The position numbers and the translations under genes are program-made. Below are positions 31,215 to 35,108 of a DNA stretch of 35,108 nucleotides, piece by piece; the stretch's first letter is position 1, and every line of letters starts with the position of its first letter. The notes under the pieces are model-generated. The model was not told the DNA's origin. It was given only the letters and a program-made list of their open reading frames with translations, and searched no databases. The DNA is from Hydrurus foetidus (Eukaryota), in NCBI GenBank assembly GCA_900617105.1, contig UYFQ01000812.1, positions 1-35,108 of the forward strand, in the 5' to 3' direction.

Positions 31215-32690
31215 ATGGCGGAGAAGAAAAGGAAATATTTGTTATTTACGAAGGCCGATGGTCGTGCTGATGCACAAAAGCCTTGCGCTTTCTTCATAAG
31301 TGAAGCAGGCTGCAGAAATGGATCACAGTGTCAGTTTTCTCACGGCGCTGATGCGCCAACTCTAGCAACACCAGCTCCGAAGCCCGTCGTTTACAAGGAG
31401 GAGAAAGTAGAAGTAAAAGTCGTGAAGAAAGTAGTGAAGAAAGCAGAACCCGTCCCTGTTCCGGAGCCTATTAGAGAAGTAGTTAGAGTTCCCAAAGTAA
31501 TCGTCAAGGAGCCGAAAGTCGAGAAGAAAGTTGTTGTCAAAGCAGCACCAGCTGTCGTCAGGGAAGTTCATTCTGCTCCTGTTAGTCAACCTCAGAGTAG
31601 TAATTTCATTGATAATGCTGCGGTTATGAATGCGTTAGAAGCCCAGAAGAAACTCTTCGAGCAGCAGCTATTGATGCAGGAGAATCAGTTTCTGCAGCAA
31701 CAGAGATTAATGCAGCAGCAAATGATGCAACAGAATATGGATGCTGAGAAAGTGAGACAACAAGAACAGTACCAAATGGAAGAAGATAGAAAAGAACAAT
31801 TTCGTGCCAAGGCAGCATCAAATACACACGCACAGACTTCCAATGATCGCCGTATACAGGCAGAGAAAAATAAGAGAAGAAAGAGCAATGAATCGGTCCC
31901 CATCCCAATGCAGCAACAGAAACAGCAAGCACAACAACAACAACAGCCGCAACAACAACAATCAGTCTATCCACAGCAGCAACAATTGCAACCTAAGAGT
32001 GCTGTGAAAGTCTTGGCGGTAAGTTATATAATTTACTCGAGGAACATTCTAACTTCCTGAGATTTCTAAGGAACATTCCTGTCCGTGCACATGTTGTATT
32101 AGTACGCACACCTGATGTTTCATATAAGTATGTACGGAAAATTGCTGACATCACTTTATTTTTGCATATCCTCACATGCGTCCTTATCACTTTCTCGCTA
32201 AATTTAACACCCTGATATTTCATATTGAGTTCGTGTTATTTTAATTGTTCAGTATTGTGTTGTATTGTATTGTATTGCATCGTATTGTATTGTGCTGTAT
32301 CGTATTTTATTGTATCGTATCGTATTGTATTGTATGTGCAAGTGAGTGAGTGAAATTAGTTCTAGAATAAGCAGGTTTTTAATACTGGATTTCTTTTCTA
32401 TCTTGTCTAAGTCGTTGTTACTGATATAGTTGAATGTTGCAGAATTCAAAATTTGAGAAAACTCATGCACTTTTCGACTGAACAGTACAGTTTATAAATA
32501 CCACCAATCTTATTGAATTGTGATTTGCCAGTTAGACTGTTGTAATACGTCACGCTCTTCTCTTAATACCCCTTTCATCTGCCTGTGTGATCATTTGCTG
32601 TCATGACTGTACTGTACGTACTTGCATCAACCATACGCACTGACTGACACCACTTCATACCACTGCTGCACCATACCACGCACACACACA

Positions 32691-32729
<39 letters not shown>

Positions 32730-35108
32730 ACACACACACCACACACACACCACACACATACCACATACACACACCACATGCTCATCGTGTCGTACATAAC
32801 AATTACATAACCTAACCTAACCGTGTCTTTTTAACAAATCATACCTCGCCTTGCACCATATATACTTACCCTACCGTACACAACAAACGCACAGTACATA
32901 CCGAATACACCGCACCTAACAATCACACCGTAAATAAACAACAAATATGCCGTGTCTACAGTATGCACATGATAATTATACCGTGCCTACCGTATTTACA
33001 CAGCCGAGCCGTCCCGACTTCTCCATGGGTCTTCCGATCTCCACTCCAAGAGACTCTCTTTGCTCTCCTAACTCTGCGACAAAGGTGAAGGTGAACTACA
33101 CTGTGTCGTGCTGTTAATGTTGTGAGTGTTGTCAGTAAGGCATGAAACGCTCGTGATTTTGAATATATCTATGATGTAGTGGTGTAATATAACAAATGAA
33201 ATTCAATATTGTGATAAATTGTTGTGATGTAATGTTGGACAGGAGTTCTGGAATTTTCACTCATACCGATATTGTCATTATATTGCGCAGAGTAAAAAAA
33301 AATAGATTGCTAAATGGACGGACTGACAAATGGTGTTTTGATGTGTTCATGTATCGACATTAATCGTCTTTCTCTTTGTCTTTTCCGTCTGTCGTGCTTC
33401 TTCAAGAGACGAAAACAAATTCCTTATTAGCTTCTCCTCTGTTCTCCCCGTTTTCTTCTTCTTCTTTTTCTTTTCTACTTCTTCCTCTCATTCTTTTATA
33501 CCCTCTTCTTTTCCTTTTTTTCATTCTTGTATACCTCTCCACTGCTTTTTCTTCTTCTTCTTCTCTCACTCTCACTCTCATTCTCATTCTCCCTCTACAC
33601 ACTCCACAGCACAATGCCAAGATAATAAATGAAGAAGATGAGGATACGAAGTTTCTCTTCGGGGCTGTTAACTCGGTGCTGAGGGGAGGCGAAGACAGCC
33701 CCATCGAAATGTCCAGTAAAAAAGGTGCTTCACTCCATATCTGTTTGTTGGCATTCTATGTGTACATCCAATTTCCTATTTTAAAATCTATACCCGGTTT
33801 TTCGCCTATTTATTTTCTCGTCCACTTACTTCTCATTTGTTGATTAATCTATTCCATTTTTTCATTTATGAGTCAACTTCAATAATTTTTATTGACCACT
33901 TAAAATATTTTAAATGTTTTGTTCAAACATCTCTTTACCTCGTACTTCTCAAGATCATCTCTTTACCCCGTACTTCTCAAGATCATCTGTTTACCTCGTA
34001 CTTCTCAAGATCATCTCTTCACCTCGTACTTCTCAAGATCATCTGTTTACCTCGTACTTCTCAAGATCATCTGTTTACCCCGTACTTCTCAAGATGATCT
34101 CTTTACCTCGTACTTCTCAAGATCATCTATTTTAGGGTAACAACACCTTTCTCCCTTTTCCTTTTCCTTTCCTTTAACCTTTCCTTTTCTTTAAACTTTC
34201 CTTTTCCTTGACTCTCCTTTTCTTTAAACTTTCCTTTTCCTTGACTCTCCTTTTCCTTGACTTTCCTTTTCCTTGACTCTCCTTTTCCTTGACTTTCCTT
34301 TTCCTTGACTCTCCTTTTCCTTGACTTTCCTTTTCCTTGACTTTTCTTTTGCCTTTCCTTGACTTCTCTTTTGCCTTGTAGAGTCTCCCAACCCCTTCCT
34401 TGAGAACAGCTCCGTTTTGCGTAGACTGTCTACCAGCGGAACCGATCACGCCACACTGGGCTCCACGTCAGTCAGAAACGCTGCTGCTGCCGCTGCCTCG
34501 AATGCTGTCAAAGCTGTTAATGTTGGTGCGAATGGGAATGCGGGCGGGAATGGGAATAATGCAGTAGGTGAGAAATAGAAATAGTAATAATGTGATGATT
34601 ATTATGATGATAGCGATAATGATAGGGATTATGATCATGGTGATAATGACAGTGGTGGTGTTGATGATGATTACGGTAGTTATCATAATGCAGTCATGAT
34701 CGCTGTAGCCGTCAGATTTCATCACATATAAATCGAGCCGCATTTTTTTTCTTTTCTTCTGTACTCATCTCTTTACTTCTTTTCTACCTTTGCCTTTCTC
34801 ATCTCTTTCGTTCACCTCCCCACCCCATTCTCCCCATCCCCCCAACTTAATTTCCTCTCATTCCTCTTCTAGCTTCACTTCGATCCACATCCTATCTCCT
34901 CTCACTTCCCTCTCTCTCCATTCCTATTTCTCCCATCTCATTCCACTCGTATCTCTCCAACTTAGGAACATTTCCAATACAATCCACCCCCACCTTTCCC
35001 CCCCAAACCCCAAACCCTTCCGGCCTGCTCGCTTCCGGCCTACCACTCATAGACTGTGTGGGGAAGTCCAGCTCACAGATAAGCGATCTTCTGTCCGCGT
35101 GCGTCACA
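31215..35108 (+). CDS. CCCH zinc-finger protein with K/V/P-rich and Q-rich regions; 5' part only, continues past the window
   Basis: ATG at 31215; CAFFISEAGCRNGSQCQFSH is C-x8-C-x5-C-x3-H. Exons 31215-32018, 33004-33084 (or 33090), 33610-33724, 34382-34567, 34966->35108, GT-AG and phase-consistent. Confidence 0.75.
32252..32334. repeat. (GTATT/GTATC)n pentanucleotide repeat
   Basis: Degenerate gtatt/gtatc array in an intron. Confidence 0.85.
32681..32778. repeat. (CA)n microsatellite, interrupted
   Basis: CA-rich run. Confidence 0.9.
33928..34128. repeat. 28 bp minisatellite (~7 copies)
   Basis: Unit catct(c/g)tttacc(t/c)cgtacttctcaagat, head-to-tail without spacers. Confidence 0.95.
34150..34375. 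repeat. 16-17 bp pyrimidine-rich minisatellite before an acceptor
   Basis: Repeats of ccttttccttgact(ct/tt). Confidence 0.85.

Overview
Intron-rich eukaryotic genomic DNA with GT-AG introns and long sense-strand polypyrimidine tracts; the proteins look stramenopile-like (inference). Left to right: (1) a GC-richer, intronless, frameshifted minus-strand ORF pair (13-1652) ending in a CCCH-type knuckle, probably the gag-like ORF of a retroelement running off the left edge; (2) a YIPF6/Yip1-domain gene (+); (3) a 14-exon DBP3-like DEAD-box helicase (-); (4) head-to-head with it, a 7-exon gene for a basic, RRM-less protein with an ALYREF/UIF-type UAP56-binding motif (+); (5) a 6-exon UNC-93-like MFS gene (+); (6) a GLUT-family sugar porter (+) lacking two conserved exon segments; (7) the 5' part of a CCCH zinc-finger/Q-rich gene (+). 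There is also a three-copy ~145 bp MITE family, two other MITE-like elements, a foldback palindrome and many tandem repeats. The most striking feature is the 2.2 kb intron 4 of the UAP56-binding-motif gene. By manual pairing it folds, on the transcribed strand and with many G:U pairs, into a ~900 nt rod of about 17 nested co-linear helices plus three further hairpin domains. A candidate 53 nt frameshifting cassette exon loops out of the rod, suggesting a large structured intronic RNA or autoregulatory switch. All gene models and pairings were derived by eye; no database search or folding program was run.
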